NCBI GenBank assembly: GCA_013416795.1
Contig: RQSC01000022.1
Span: forward strand, 157,712-221,711
DNA length: 64,000 nt
Direction: 5' to 3'
Origin: Prasinococcaceae sp. CCMP 1430
Lineage: Eukaryota; Plantae; Prasinodermophyta
Shown: one piece after another, positions 1 to 10,099 of the stretch
How the letters are laid out: each line of letters opens with the position of its first letter
Position numbering within the stretch: the stretch's first letter is position 1
Notes under the pieces: model-generated
What the model saw: only the letters and a program-made list of their open reading frames with translations
Told to the model about the DNA's origin: nothing
Databases searched by the model: none
Translations under genes and position numbers: made by a program

Positions 1-542
1 GCTGGCGGCTGTCGTCCTATCGCGCGACGCGCTCCCCACCGCACTCGGTGAGAGTCTTGCGGACGAACCTGCTACGGACAAGGGAGGTCTGCGCGAGCAC
101 GCGCTCGCACTGGAATGCGCGCGCCCTCGCATGAACGCGAACGTGCTCGCGGGCCCGCACGCCACGGTTGAGGCGAGCTGCGCGGCGATGCGCTGGCGCA
201 GGCTCGGGATGGTCAGCACCGCCGTCGCCAAGGCGTTTGGGATGGTGCGTCTGAACGCGCTCGCGTGCGCGCGTCCCCGCGACCTCATGAGATCGCCTGC
301 GTGCGTGCGAGGGTGCCACGCGCGCGACGCCCCAACTCCCGGGCCCACGGGCGGTCGCCGGCTCGCTCACACGCGCCCGCGCGCACACGCACGCGGGCGC
401 ACACAGGCTGCTGTCATCGCGGGCACCGCGCTCGGTATCGACGCTCGGCACAACTCCGAGCAGGCGCGAGCCAGGCGTGCGGCCGCGAAGCGGCGCGCAG
501 CCGCGGCGGCGGTGCGGCCGCCGCCGCCGTCCGAGGGCGCCG
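1..542. repeat. Direct duplication; identical copy at 2229-2770
   Basis: The window start gctggcggctgtcgtcctatcg... recurs at 2229 and stays identical until ...ccgagggcgccg, then diverges (tcgc vs cggc). Confidence 0.95.
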
Positions 543-795
543 TCGCGCGCCTGCGCGGGGGCGGACGCGCCCGCGGACGGCGCGAGCATGGCAGTCGCTC
601 CCATCCTCGGCGTGCGGTGCGTGTGTGTGCGTGTGTGTGTGTGTGTGTGCGTGTGTGTGTGTGTGGCCGCGCGGGCGCGTGCGCGCGTGCGTGTGCGCGC
701 GAGTGGCGCGCACACACGGCGCCACGCGTGCGCGCGTCCGATCCACTTTAGGGGTTTTACGGAGCCGCCAGCGTGTGCACGACACACGCGCGCGG

Positions 796-915
796 TGACA
801 CGTCGAAACGCATCGCACAAACGCACGTCAAAAATGCATCGCACAAACGCACGTCAAAAAGCACCGCAAAATGCACGTCAAAAAGCACCGCAAAATGCAC
901 GTCAAAATGCATCGT
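796..915 (+). repeat. Short tandem array of CACGTC(A/G)AAA-(A/T)GCA units
   Basis: Units such as cacgtcgaaacgcatcg, cacgtcaaaaatgcatcg, cacgtcaaaaagcaccg and cacgtcaaaatgcatcg repeat with a period of about 21-22 bp. Confidence 0.85.
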
Positions 916-1980
916 CAAAATTAGTACGGGTCACATTCGTTCCAGCTCCCCCGCCTGCAAGAAACGCTCCCAGCACCCCCTTTGGGTTAGATTGTTTGAG
1001 GTTTATGGCCTTCGCCCTTCGGGCGAAGGCCAATTTGAATGGATTGTGAAACGCGATCCACATTAGAACATATATGTAGACCCTTTATATAATTTTGAAT
1101 GAATCGATGAATATTTTTTTTCCCAAGTCTACTTCAAATGAATGGAGAAGGGGGGGGGAGCCGGATTGTATGCGGGGGGTGCTGGAGCGAATGTTCGGGG
1201 GGTGCTGGTTCGTGAGCTCGTGATATAGAAAATGCATGGTGCGCTGAAATCCCTTCGCAATGCATTTGATGGAGATGCAGTACAAAATGCACCGACGCTT
1301 CTTGGCATGGTTTCTATATACATCACTTTGCATGCTGGGGGGGGGAGCCAGCTGGGGGAGAGCTGGAACGTATCCGTCCCGCTTCGCCTCCCGTGGGTAC
1401 GTTTGATACAGTTATGAAAGCCTCATCGATGCGCTGCGGTGCCTGCCGTTGTGGCGTTGGTGGCGGGCGTTGGAGGGAACGCGGTCGTTGGGGGAACGCG
1501 GGGCGTCGGCAGGCGCACGGGGGAGTGCCTCCTCCCCCCCTCACCTCCCCCCTCACCTCCCCCCTCACACATCCTCCCTCACATCCCCCCCTCCACTGCG
1601 ACACTGCTGGCAGGAGCGGGCAGGAGGGGCGGGCAGGAGGGGCGGAGGAGCAAGGTGGGGGGCAAGCCTCGAGGGAAGAGGGCCTGCGCAAGCAGGTGTG
1701 CGGCGCGCTCGCATCCGCGCTCGCATCCCCCCTCACGTCCCCCCACCCCCAAATGCGACGCCGCTGGCGGGAGTGGGGAGGAGGGGCTGGGGAGGGGGCG
1801 GAGGGAGAGAGGGGGAGGTGATGTGGAGGTAGGGGGGCGCGCGAGCACGCGTGCGGCAGGCGGGTGAGGGCGGGAGGGTGCGTGCCCAGCCGCCGGCACA
1901 CGGCGAGAGAGCTCCGGTGCCTCCGGGGAGGCGGTCGGCGGGCCGCCAGTGCGCGCGCGGCGCGCGCGCCGCGCGTTCGN

Positions 1981-2853
1981 GCAGCGCTCGAGGAAGACCC
2001 GACAGCAACACAAGAGCAATTTAGCACGCGCGCACACGCGCACGCACACCCGCGCGCGCACAACAGAGCACAGTCGCAAACGCGCCATCCCCAGGTGGCG
2101 TATGACGCGGAGACGGGCACGCGCACGGCCTCGGAGGATGCCTTGGACATCGACGACGACGCGAGGTATGGCGTCGGTGCCGCGATCAGCGCCGACGATC
2201 AGCTCGACGACGCCAGGCCCCCCAGCGGGCTGGCGGCTGTCGTCCTATCGCGCGACGCGCTCCCCACCGCACTCGGTGAGAGTCTTGCGGACGAACCTGC
2301 TACGGACAAGGGAGGTCTGCGCGAGCACGCGCTCGCACTGGAATGCGCGCGCCCTCGCATGAACGCGAACGTGCTCGCGGGCCCGCACGCCACGGTTGAG
2401 GCGAGCTGCGCGGCGATGCGCTGGCGCAGGCTCGGGATGGTCAGCACCGCCGTCGCCAAGGCGTTTGGGATGGTGCGTCTGAACGCGCTCGCGTGCGCGC
2501 GTCCCCGCGACCTCATGAGATCGCCTGCGTGCGTGCGAGGGTGCCACGCGCGCGACGCCCCAACTCCCGGGCCCACGGGCGGTCGCCGGCTCGCTCACAC
2601 GCGCCCGCGCGCACACGCACGCGGGCGCACACAGGCTGCTGTCATCGCGGGCACCGCGCTCGGTATCGACGCTCGGCACAACTCCGAGCAGGCGCGAGCC
2701 AGGCGTGCGGCCGCGAAGCGGCGCGCAGCCGCGGCGGCGGTGCGGCCGCCGCCGCCGTCCGAGGGCGCCGCGGCCGCCACGCGCCTAACGCGCGCGCAGC
2801 TGCGCGCGCACGACGCCGGGCTCGCACTCAGGCGCATGGAGCTGGCATTGTGA
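1981..2853 (+). CDS. Hypothetical protein (partly duplicated at 1-542; possibly a mobile-element remnant)
   Basis: Open frame ...LEEDPTATQEQ...LECARPRMNANVLAGPH...GIDARHNSEQ...; no family recognised; an n sits at 1980. Confidence 0.35.
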   Translation, partial: AALEEDPTATQEQFSTRAHAHAHPRAHNRAQSQTRHPQVAYDAETGTRTASEDALDIDDDARYGVGAAISADDQLDDARPPSGLAAVVLSRDALPTALGESLADEPATDKGGLREHALALECARPRMNANVLAGPHATVEASCAAMRWRRLGMVSTAVAKAFGMVRLNALACARPRDLMRSPACVRGCHARDAPTPGPTGGRRLAHTRPRAHARGRTQAAVIAGTALGIDARHNSEQARARRAAAKRRAAAAAVRPPPPSEGAAAATRLTRAQLRAHDAGLALRRMELAL

Positions 2854-2917
2854 GGCAGCGAGGGCGCTTGCACCGGCGCATGGCTCACGCTGTGTAGTTC
2901 ATGTACAAATATTATGT

Positions 2918-4630
2918 CTACATCAGGTCATAGCAGCCCGCAGCCTTGAGCGCTGGGTAGAGGCGACTGTACACCTCGTAGCGGTCGGCAGCCGCAGCCG
3001 ACGCCTCGGGCGTCGGCTCGAAGATGGCTTCCGCCGAGTCCTCGGAGGAGCAATCAGCTGCGCCGGCGACGAACCGCGCGAGCGCCTGTGCGTCCCGAAC
3101 GTCCAGCGCGCCGGTGGAGGACAAAGCGAGCGCCGCAGCGCCGCGAGCAGCCGCGCCGTCGGCGTCGGGCACAGCTCGCACGCGCACGCCCAGTGTGTCA
3201 GCGATCATCTGTGTCCACAGCGCCGATCGCGCGCCACCGCCGAGCAGCGGGAGCTCCGCGGAGCCATCCGTGGCCAGCGGGGCGCCGTCGGTCGAGCCGA
3301 GGCACTCCAGCAACGAGCGGTAGCCGAGCGCGACCTGTGTTGTCATGCGTGCGGCACCGTGCGAGAGTGTCAGCACCGCCCAGCGTGCATCGCCGAGGAC
3401 GCACCAAGGGCATCCTGAGATGTCAGCACTCTTTTTGGAAAGGCAGACGCAGCGCATCCGCTGCGGCGCGACAGGGCGACGCACCCCCTCGAGCGTCGCC
3501 CGCGCGAATTCCGGCTGCCCGTGTGCAGCGCTCACATTTAGGAACGCGCCGCGCGCGCTGGCGTCCAGGAACGGCGAGCGCTCGCCGGCGATGTGCGGCA
3601 TGAAGAGCAAACCGCCGCACCCTGGCGCAGCCCTCGCCGCCAGGGCGTCGAGCTCCTGCAGCGATACGCCGCCGAGGACGTTCTCAGCCGCCCACGTCGC
3701 GCAGCCGCCCGCAGTGGTCATGGACGCGGCCATGATGCTGGTCCCCTCCAACGGGTGCAGCACGTCGAAGATGCCCTCCCCCGAGGTCGCCGCGTCTGAG
3801 GATCCGCCGTCACGGGTCGATGGCCTGCTCGAGGCCAGCCATCCGGAGGTGCCTAGGTAGGCGTACGTCGCGGCGCCGGCGCCCAGCGTTGTGGCGCCGA
3901 GGTCGCCGCAGCCGTGCACAAGCGTCGCGCCCTCGAGCGCCCGAGGAAGCCCGAGCCTCTCGACGACGCTGGCAGTTACCTGGCCGAGGACCTCGTCGGC
4001 CGCGGCCAGGCGCGGCAGCAGGCGCGGGTCGAGGCCGAGCGCCTCGACGGCCCACGGCGCGAAGGCCCCCGTGCGCGCATCCAGCAGGCCGGTCGTCGCC
4101 GCCGTCGTCCTGTCACACACACGCGCGTCGCCACCGGAGAGCGCCCACGCGAGGTAGGAGTGTGCGCCCAGCAGCAGCCCGTCGGCGCGAGCGAGCGCGT
4201 CTGGCTCGCACTCGGCCAGCCACAGCCACTTCGCGAGACACGACGCGGCGCCCTTGTAGTTGGCCAGGTCGGCGACGCGCGTGCCGAGGGCGTCCTCCAC
4301 CGCAGACGCTTGCGCGGCAGCTCGAGCGTCAGAGTAGAGCAGCGCCCACTCGCGGACGAGGCGGTTCGCGCCGATGGCGACGACGTCCTGCATCTGGCCG
4401 CTGCACACAACCGCGGTCACGTCGACGCCGTCACCTTCTCCGAGGCAGCGATGGCACGCCGCAGCCAGCGCCTCCAGCCAATCGTCAGGTCGCTGCTCGA
4501 CGCGCGCGCCGGGCCGGGCGCGCGTCCCGCGCGCATACGTCGCGGACGCGCGCGCGATGACCGCGCCGTCGGGCGCCACGAGCGCAGCCTTGAGCGCGGT
4601 GGTGCCCGCGTCCACCGCGAGCACGCACGC
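2918..4630 (-). CDS. xylB: FGGY-family carbohydrate kinase, xylulokinase-like (start missing; intron about 3335-3484)
   Basis: Motifs VLAVDAGTTALKA, EQRPDDWLEA, SGQMQD, LYSDARA, GCGDLGA, LGTSGW, PHIAGERSPF, LLGGGARSALWTQMIAD. Confidence 0.88.
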   Translation of the reverse strand, partial: ACVLAVDAGTTALKAALVAPDGAVIARASATYARGTRARPGARVEQRPDDWLEALAAACHRCLGEGDGVDVTAVVCSGQMQDVVAIGANRLVREWALLYSDARAAAQASAVEDALGTRVADLANYKGAASCLAKWLWLAECEPDALARADGLLLGAHSYLAWALSGGDARVCDRTTAATTGLLDARTGAFAPWAVEALGLDPRLLPRLAAADEVLGQVTASVVERLGLPRALEGATLVHGCGDLGATTLGAGAATYAYLGTSGWLASSRPSTRDGGSSDAATSGEGIFDVLHPLEGTSIMAASMTTAGGCATWAAENVLGGVSLQELDALAARAAPGCGGLLFMPHIAGERSPFLDASARGAFLNVSAAHGQPEFARATLEGVRRPVAPQRMRCVCLSKKSADISGCPWCVLGDARWAVLTLSHGAARMTTQVALGYRSLLECLGSTDGAPLATDGSAELPLLGGGARSALWTQMIADTLGVRVRAVPDADGAAARGAAALALSSTGALDVRDAQALARFVAGAADCSSEDSAEAIFEPTPEASAAAADRYEVYSRLYPALKAAGCYDLM

Positions 4631-4660
4631 GCTCGCGCGCACACACACGCGCGCGCGCAG

Positions 4661-4770
4661 CTGGTCGGCCTCGTGACGAAGCTCGTGTCGGTGCTTCGCA
4701 AGTTTCCCCCCTCGGACGCCTTCCGCGCCGACCTCACCAGCAAGCTGCTGCGCAAGCTGTACGAGAACGG
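4661..4770 (+). pseudogene. IMP3: Isolated exon of U3 snoRNP protein IMP3 (rpS4-like family)
   Basis: After an acceptor (cgcgcag) it reads LVGLVTKLVSVLRKFPPSDAFRADLTSKLLRKLYENG, matching the IMP3 segment V-x-K-L...D-x-F-R...T-x-x-L-L-x-K-L-Y-x-x-G. It ends at the n at 4771. Confidence 0.7.
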
Positions 4771-4856
4771 NCGGCGACGGCGGCGGCTGGCTCTCGGCGC
4801 TGTCGTCGGCGCCGGCGGCGCTCGCGCGGCTGCCGCAGGAGGCCGTGTACCGCACG

Positions 4857-5563
4857 ATGCGTGAGATGAGCCTCTCGTTGGGGATGGGCGTCTTCCTAGG
4901 CGCCGCGGCGACGACGGGCGCCGCGGCGGGCGTCATCACGTGGTACCTGGCCAACGAGGCCGTGCTGAAGCGCCTCTCGCGGCACGCGGTCAAGACGGTC
5001 ATCAGCGCACGTGACGCTGCTGTCAAGACGCCCGAGGGCGCCGCGCTCGCGCGCCTCATAACGGGCCTCACCGCTGCCGAGGAGGGAGGCGCCGACGCGA
5101 CGGATGGCGCCGAAGAGCTCGGCGCCCAGGACGAGGGCCGCAGCCCGCGGTCGCTCCCGGGAGTTGTGGGAGCGCTCACACGAGCAGGCGGCGCGCGCTC
5201 ACGAGCAGGCACGGTGCCTCGCGAGCCCCCTCCCGACACGAGCGCGCTCGAGGCTCGCGTTGCGGAGCTGGAGCGCGCGCGCGAGGCGCGCCTCGAGGCG
5301 CTCGAGCGCGTGCACGCGCTCGAGGCGCGCGTGGCGGACCTCGAGCGCCTGAGCGCGGCCGCCGCGGTGCCGTCCGTGCGCGTCGCGCGCGCCGCGCGCG
5401 CGCTCGCGCCCGCCCAACTCCTTGCGCCGCACTCGCGACCCTCCATCGCGTGCCCCGCGGCATCCACCGTGGCCTCCTCCCAGGCCCTCGCCGCCAGCTC
5501 CAGCTCCCCAGCTCCAGCTCCAGCTCCGGCTGCAGCTCCAGCTCACGCTCGATATGATCTCCC
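4857..5563 (+). CDS. Hypothetical protein with an N-terminal TM helix and a coiled coil
   Basis: Hydrophobic LGMGVFLGAAATTGAAAGVITWYL followed by heptads LEARVAELERAREARLEALERVHALEARVADLERL; 3' end uncertain. Confidence 0.55.
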
Positions 5564-5948
5564 GTGGGTATTCTTGACCCCTTCCGAAACTTCGTACCGA
5601 CACGCCGACACATTGGGGTTACTCCATTTTTATCTCGTATTTATATATTCATTTCGCAGACCCTTTTATCATGGAGGTTTAGGTTCGGGATTTGGGTTCG
5701 GAGCCGTTCCCCGAGCCGCCGCCGGCGGCGCGGCGGGCGGGGCAGCCGGGGACGCCGGGGAGGGAGCGGGGAGCGAGGGGGAGGGAGGGGCACGGGCCGC
5801 AGGATGCGCGGCGGCATGCCGTGGGCATGCCGTAGATCCACGTGGAAGTGGGGGTGGAGGAAGGAGAGGGGCACGCGCGGTGGTGCGGCCACACAGCCAC
5901 CGGCCGGGCGCGCACCGGCGTGGGGCGCGCCCCGCGATCGCTCGCGCG

Positions 5949-7001
5949 ATGGCGGACGTCGAGCTCTCGGCGATGACGTCCGTCGCGGCGGGCGGTGGCG
6001 CGGGCGGCGGCGAAGGCGAGGCGGAGGTGGCGTCGGCCGTGGACGTGGCGTCGCTCGTCGCGGGAGGCATGGGTGAGACCGTGCGCGTGCCGGTGCGCCG
6101 CGGCGGTGGGGGCAACTGCGTGTGCGTGACCGTCTCGGGCGACGCGTCGCTGCCGTACTCGCTCGTCACCTACGCCGACGTGTGCACCGGCCACGAGGAG
6201 TGCTTCGGCTCGCTCACCCTGTGCGTAGGCAAGGGCAGCCTGCTGCGGAAGCACGCGCGCGTCTACCACATCGATCCACCGGGCCACGGCGCCGATGCCG
6301 ACGCCGACACTGACGGCTCGACCTCGTACAGCCTGGAAGATCTCGCGGGCGACGTCGCGGACGTAGTGGACCACTTCGGCATCAAGTCCAACGTGCTGCT
6401 GCTGGGCGCCGGCGCGGGGGCGCACGTGCTGGCCGTGTGGGCAACGCACACTCGAACCCCGCGCAACCTCGTGCTTGGCGGGCTGTTCCTGTCGCCCGCC
6501 GCAAAGAAGTGCAGCTGGTCGGAGTGGGCGTGGGCGACGGCGGCAGTGTCCACGCTCAGGAGCCTGCTGCCCGGCGTGGGAGGCTGGCAGCCGTGGCTGG
6601 TCGACTCGGTGCTCAAACGATGGTTCTCCGCGCGCGCGCGCGGCATCGTGTCGCGCACGGACCTCGCGCGTGGCGCCGCGCAGCGCATGACCGCGCTGCG
6701 ACCGGCCGCCGCCGCCGCGTACATCTCGGCGCTCGCGCGGCGCGAGGACATCACCGCCAGACTGAAGAACTTCAGGGGCCGCGCGGTGGTGGTCGCTGGC
6801 AGCGGATGCTACGACGGCGGGCAGACCGAGGCACTCGATTTCCGCGCCGCGTGCGCGCCGCAGCGCTCGGTGTGGATCGAGGTGGAGGGCTCGGGCGCGC
6901 TGGTGAGCGAGGAGCGCCCCGACGCGCTGCTGCGCCCGCTGCACCTTTTCTTGCAGGCGGTGGGAGTGATCGATCCGGGCGTGCCCATGCCTGCATGCTA
7001 G
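5949..7001 (+). CDS. NDRG/NDL-family alpha/beta-hydrolase-fold protein
   Basis: LVTYADV...HEECF, YHIDPPGH, YSLEDLAGDVADVVDHFGI, LGAGAGAHVL, WSEW, VEGSGALVSEERP. Confidence 0.85.
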   Translation: MADVELSAMTSVAAGGGAGGGEGEAEVASAVDVASLVAGGMGETVRVPVRRGGGGNCVCVTVSGDASLPYSLVTYADVCTGHEECFGSLTLCVGKGSLLRKHARVYHIDPPGHGADADADTDGSTSYSLEDLAGDVADVVDHFGIKSNVLLLGAGAGAHVLAVWATHTRTPRNLVLGGLFLSPAAKKCSWSEWAWATAAVSTLRSLLPGVGGWQPWLVDSVLKRWFSARARGIVSRTDLARGAAQRMTALRPAAAAAYISALARREDITARLKNFRGRAVVVAGSGCYDGGQTEALDFRAACAPQRSVWIEVEGSGALVSEERPDALLRPLHLFLQAVGVIDPGVPMPAC

Positions 7002-7254
7002 GGATGAGCGGCACGATGCGCACACGCGCTCGAGCCCCCAGCCACGCGAGCAGTGACCGTGCGTGCGTGCGCGCGCACGCGACGAGGCAGAAGCGGTAGA
7101 TAGCACACGCGCCACCCACCGGCGACATCCGGTCGTAAGAGGAGGGTGGACACAACCTGCGCGCGCGCGCCGGCAAGGCCGCGGCGCTGTCACTCGCCGC
7201 GCCCGCGCAGCTTGCCGGGCAGCCGCGTGGGATCGGTTCGTGCGCATCCACGCG

Positions 7255-8114
7255 TCATCGTTTACTCGGGAGCAGGAAGAAGAACGACTCCTGCCCGACC
7301 TGCACGAGGTCGCGAGACTTGAGCTCAACGGGCGGCATCTCGGGGGTGACCAGCATGCTTCGGGGGCGTGCACACGCGGCGCGTGGGCGCGACGGACGCG
7401 TCAGCGTCGCGCGTGCATGTCTCGCGGCACCTGTTTCCACGTGCACGCGCGAGCGCGAGCAACCGCGCGCGCACAAGCACGCGCGCACGCCAGCCACTCG
7501 CGAGCGGACGCACCCCTTGACGAAGGCCCCGTTCTTGCCTAGCACCTGCAGCTCGAATCGCGCGCGCTCGAAGCTGTAGCGGATGACCGCGTGCTTTCGC
7601 GACACGTTCATCTGGTCGCCGAGGTCGACGTCCGCCGACTCGCGCTTCGACCTGCGGCCGAGCGAGACCTGAGAGAGCGCGCGCACACAGGCGAGCGCGA
7701 CGGTGAGGGTTGTGGGTGAGCGCGAGGGCGAGGCAAGACCCCAGGGCGCGGGCCAGCGCGCCGGCCGGAAGGCCCTCCCTTCTCTTCGCGGCGCGCAACG
7801 ACACACGACCGCCGCGCGTCGTGCCGGGCGCCGGTGCCTGGGCCACAGACGCAGCGCGCTCGGAGCGCGCGCGGGCGCCAGACAGCGGAGGACGAGAAGA
7901 GCGGGGGAGGAAGGGGCGCCTCGGCGCGCATGCCCTCGCCGCGTGGCGCGGCCGGCGCCGCGCCAGCCGAGGCTGCACTGCGCGGCGCAGGGACGCGAAG
8001 CAAAGGCGCGCGCGCCGCCCTCACCTCGTACGACTTCATGTAGTAGGCGCGGTCCTCGAACTGCAGCTTGGCGAACCCGAAGTTGTCGCCGACGGAGGGC
8101 GCGATGGTGGTCAT
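7255..8114 (-). CDS. FHA-domain protein (FHA2/Fhl1-type), 3 exons
   Basis: Exons GFAKLQFEDRAYYMKSYE / VSLGRRSK...VSRKHAVIRY...VLGKNGAFVKG / LKSRDLVQVG; FHA GR, SRxH and NG motifs; GT-AG junctions. Confidence 0.88.
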
Positions 8115-9771
8115 TGCGGCGGCGGCGGCGCGCCGCAGCGGCACCGCGAGCGGCCCGGGTCCACCGACGCGCTCCGCGCGGAGTCCCAGGTGCCGGGCAC
8201 TGCGGTGCCCGGGGAGGGCGCGCGGGCGGTGCGGGCCACACGCCGCTGCCGTGCGCCCCGCGCGCGTGCTGCGCGCGCTCGACACGCGCGTGCTGCCCCT
8301 GCTGTGGGCGGTGGCGCTGGTGGCGTACATCGACCGCTCCGCGCTGGCGTACGCCGCAGCGCCGCTGCGCGCGCACGCCGGCATTGGCGACGCGCAGTAC
8401 GGCGTGGCCGCCAGCGTGTTCTTCGCGGCGTACGTTGCATTCGAGGTGCCCGCCAATCTGTGCCTCCCGCGCGTGGGCGCGCCGCGATGGCTCGCGCTCC
8501 TCCTCGTCGGCTGGGGCGCCGCAGCAGCGGCCACCGCGGCCGTCAGCAGCGCTCGGGACCTCTACGCGGTGCGGCTCGTCCTGGGCGCGTTCGAGGCGGG
8601 CGCCTTCCCCGCCATCGCCTACACCATCCACGACTGGTACGGCCCGCAGCGCTTTCTGACGCGCTACCCGGTCGTGACGACCGCCACGGCGCTCGCGGGC
8701 GCGCTCGGCGGGCCGCTCGCAGCGGGGGCGCTGGCGCTCGCCGGCTGGCGGGCGCTCTTTGTGATCGAGGGCGTCGGCCTCGCATGGCCGCTGGCGGCGC
8801 TCATCCTCGCCAGGCTGCCGAGGCGCCCCGAGGCCGCGCGCTGGCTCTCCACAGAGGAGGTCGACTGGCTTAGGAGCGGCCACCTCGCCGGCGCCAGTGG
8901 CCAGGCAGCGTTCGAGGTGGGCGGTGGCGGAGGCGGCGAGGGGGGCGGAGGGGGAGGGGAAGGCGGCGATGAGGGCGGCGCAAGTGCACCGGCGGCGCTC
9001 GCCGCCCTGCTGGACTGGCGATGTTGGTACCTGGGCGTCTGTTGGATGCTGGTGGAGGTGCCGACGTACGGATGTATCTACTGGATACCCAATTTCATCT
9101 CGAAGGTGCTGGGGTACTCGGAGGTCGTTGAGGGGGAGAGCGTGGCAGAGGTGACGCGCCGGGCGGTGGTGACGTCGCTGGTTGCGTCGGTGCCCTTTGG
9201 CGCTGCGGCGGCAGCCATGGTCGGCGTCGCGCACCTCTGCCGCGCGCGAGGAGGCGAGCGCGAGGCGTACGCGGCGGCCGCCGCCGCGCTGGGCAGCGCC
9301 GCGCTGGCGGCAGCGCCGCACGCTGGCGGCGGCGCGGCCACGCTGGCGGTGCTCACGCTGGCGGCGATGGGCGTGTGGGCGGCGCAGGCGCCCTTGCTCT
9401 CCATTCCCTCCACCTTTCTCGAGGGCAGCCGCATGGGCGTCGGCTTCGCTCTCGTCAACACGCTGGGTCAATTCGGGGGGCTCATCGGCCCCGCGTGTGT
9501 CGGCTTCGTCAAGGAGCGCGCCGACGCGCGCGCGCCCCCCGAAGGCGGCGGGGAGGAGAGCTTTGCGCTGGCGTTCGCGCTGCTGGGCGCCGCGGGCGCG
9601 CTCGCAGCGCCGCTGCTGCTGCTCTTCCGCGTCCTGGCGCGCGGCGCGCGCGGCGGCGGCGGGCGTGCGCACGCGTACGCGCGTGTGGACGGCGGGCGCG
9701 GGCGCGGCGCCCGCGGGGGCGCGGACATGGACGTTGTCTGCGACGATGGCCTCGACGAGCTCGTGCGCTAG
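8104..9771 (+). CDS. MFS transporter, anion:cation symporter (TtuB/Tna1-like) type, intronless
   Basis: LDTRVLPLL...YIDR, FEVPAN, RLVLGAFEAGAFP, GWRALFVIEG, ARWLSTEE, VNTLGQFGGLIGP; multiple TM segments. Confidence 0.88.
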   Translation: MVVIAAAAARRSGTASGPGPPTRSARSPRCRALRCPGRARGRCGPHAAAVRPARVLRALDTRVLPLLWAVALVAYIDRSALAYAAAPLRAHAGIGDAQYGVAASVFFAAYVAFEVPANLCLPRVGAPRWLALLLVGWGAAAAATAAVSSARDLYAVRLVLGAFEAGAFPAIAYTIHDWYGPQRFLTRYPVVTTATALAGALGGPLAAGALALAGWRALFVIEGVGLAWPLAALILARLPRRPEAARWLSTEEVDWLRSGHLAGASGQAAFEVGGGGGGEGGGGGGEGGDEGGASAPAALAALLDWRCWYLGVCWMLVEVPTYGCIYWIPNFISKVLGYSEVVEGESVAEVTRRAVVTSLVASVPFGAAAAAMVGVAHLCRARGGEREAYAAAAAALGSAALAAAPHAGGGAATLAVLTLAAMGVWAAQAPLLSIPSTFLEGSRMGVGFALVNTLGQFGGLIGPACVGFVKERADARAPPEGGGEESFALAFALLGAAGALAAPLLLLFRVLARGARGGGGRAHAYARVDGGRGRGARGGADMDVVCDDGLDELVR

Positions 9772-10099
9772 CGAGACAGTCACCCCTCGCATGCGCCTGC
9801 GTGCCATCGCATTGTTGTACCAAATCACTGTATACTGCTCCCAAGTGGTCGCGCGTGCGCCCGTGCGTGCGCTCGCGTGGCTTGTCTGTGTACTCGCGCT
9901 CGCCGCCGCGCGTCACTGCCGCTGGGCGGCGCTCGACCCTCTCGCGCGCCTTCTCGCGCGTTGCACGGAACGCACGAACTGGGCAGTCGCGACCTGCGCG
10001 CCGAGGCGTGCGCGGCATCAGAGCGTGCTCGCGCGTGCCGCTCGCGTGCGCACCTCCGCACGCGCCCATAAGCGCCCGCGTGCGCTCGCGCTCGGCCGG

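Noticed and set aside
796-915. CRISPR-like short repeat array
   Set aside because: The repeats abut without unique spacers, the context is eukaryotic and there are no cas genes.
905-1400. Loose inverted similarity (ttccagctccccc vs gggggagagctggaa)
   Set aside because: Arms are too short and degenerate to call a transposon.
1540-1610. ccctcac-type repeats as interstitial telomere
   Set aside because: Short, irregular and not matching the TTTAGGG-type motif seen elsewhere; treated as low-complexity sequence.
7255-9828. 857-aa minus-strand ORF and similar long antisense ORFs (28971-32234, 55608-58262)
   Set aside because: Shadow frames of GC3-rich genes on the opposite strand; Arg/Ala-rich with no motifs, except where they coincide with real FHA exons.
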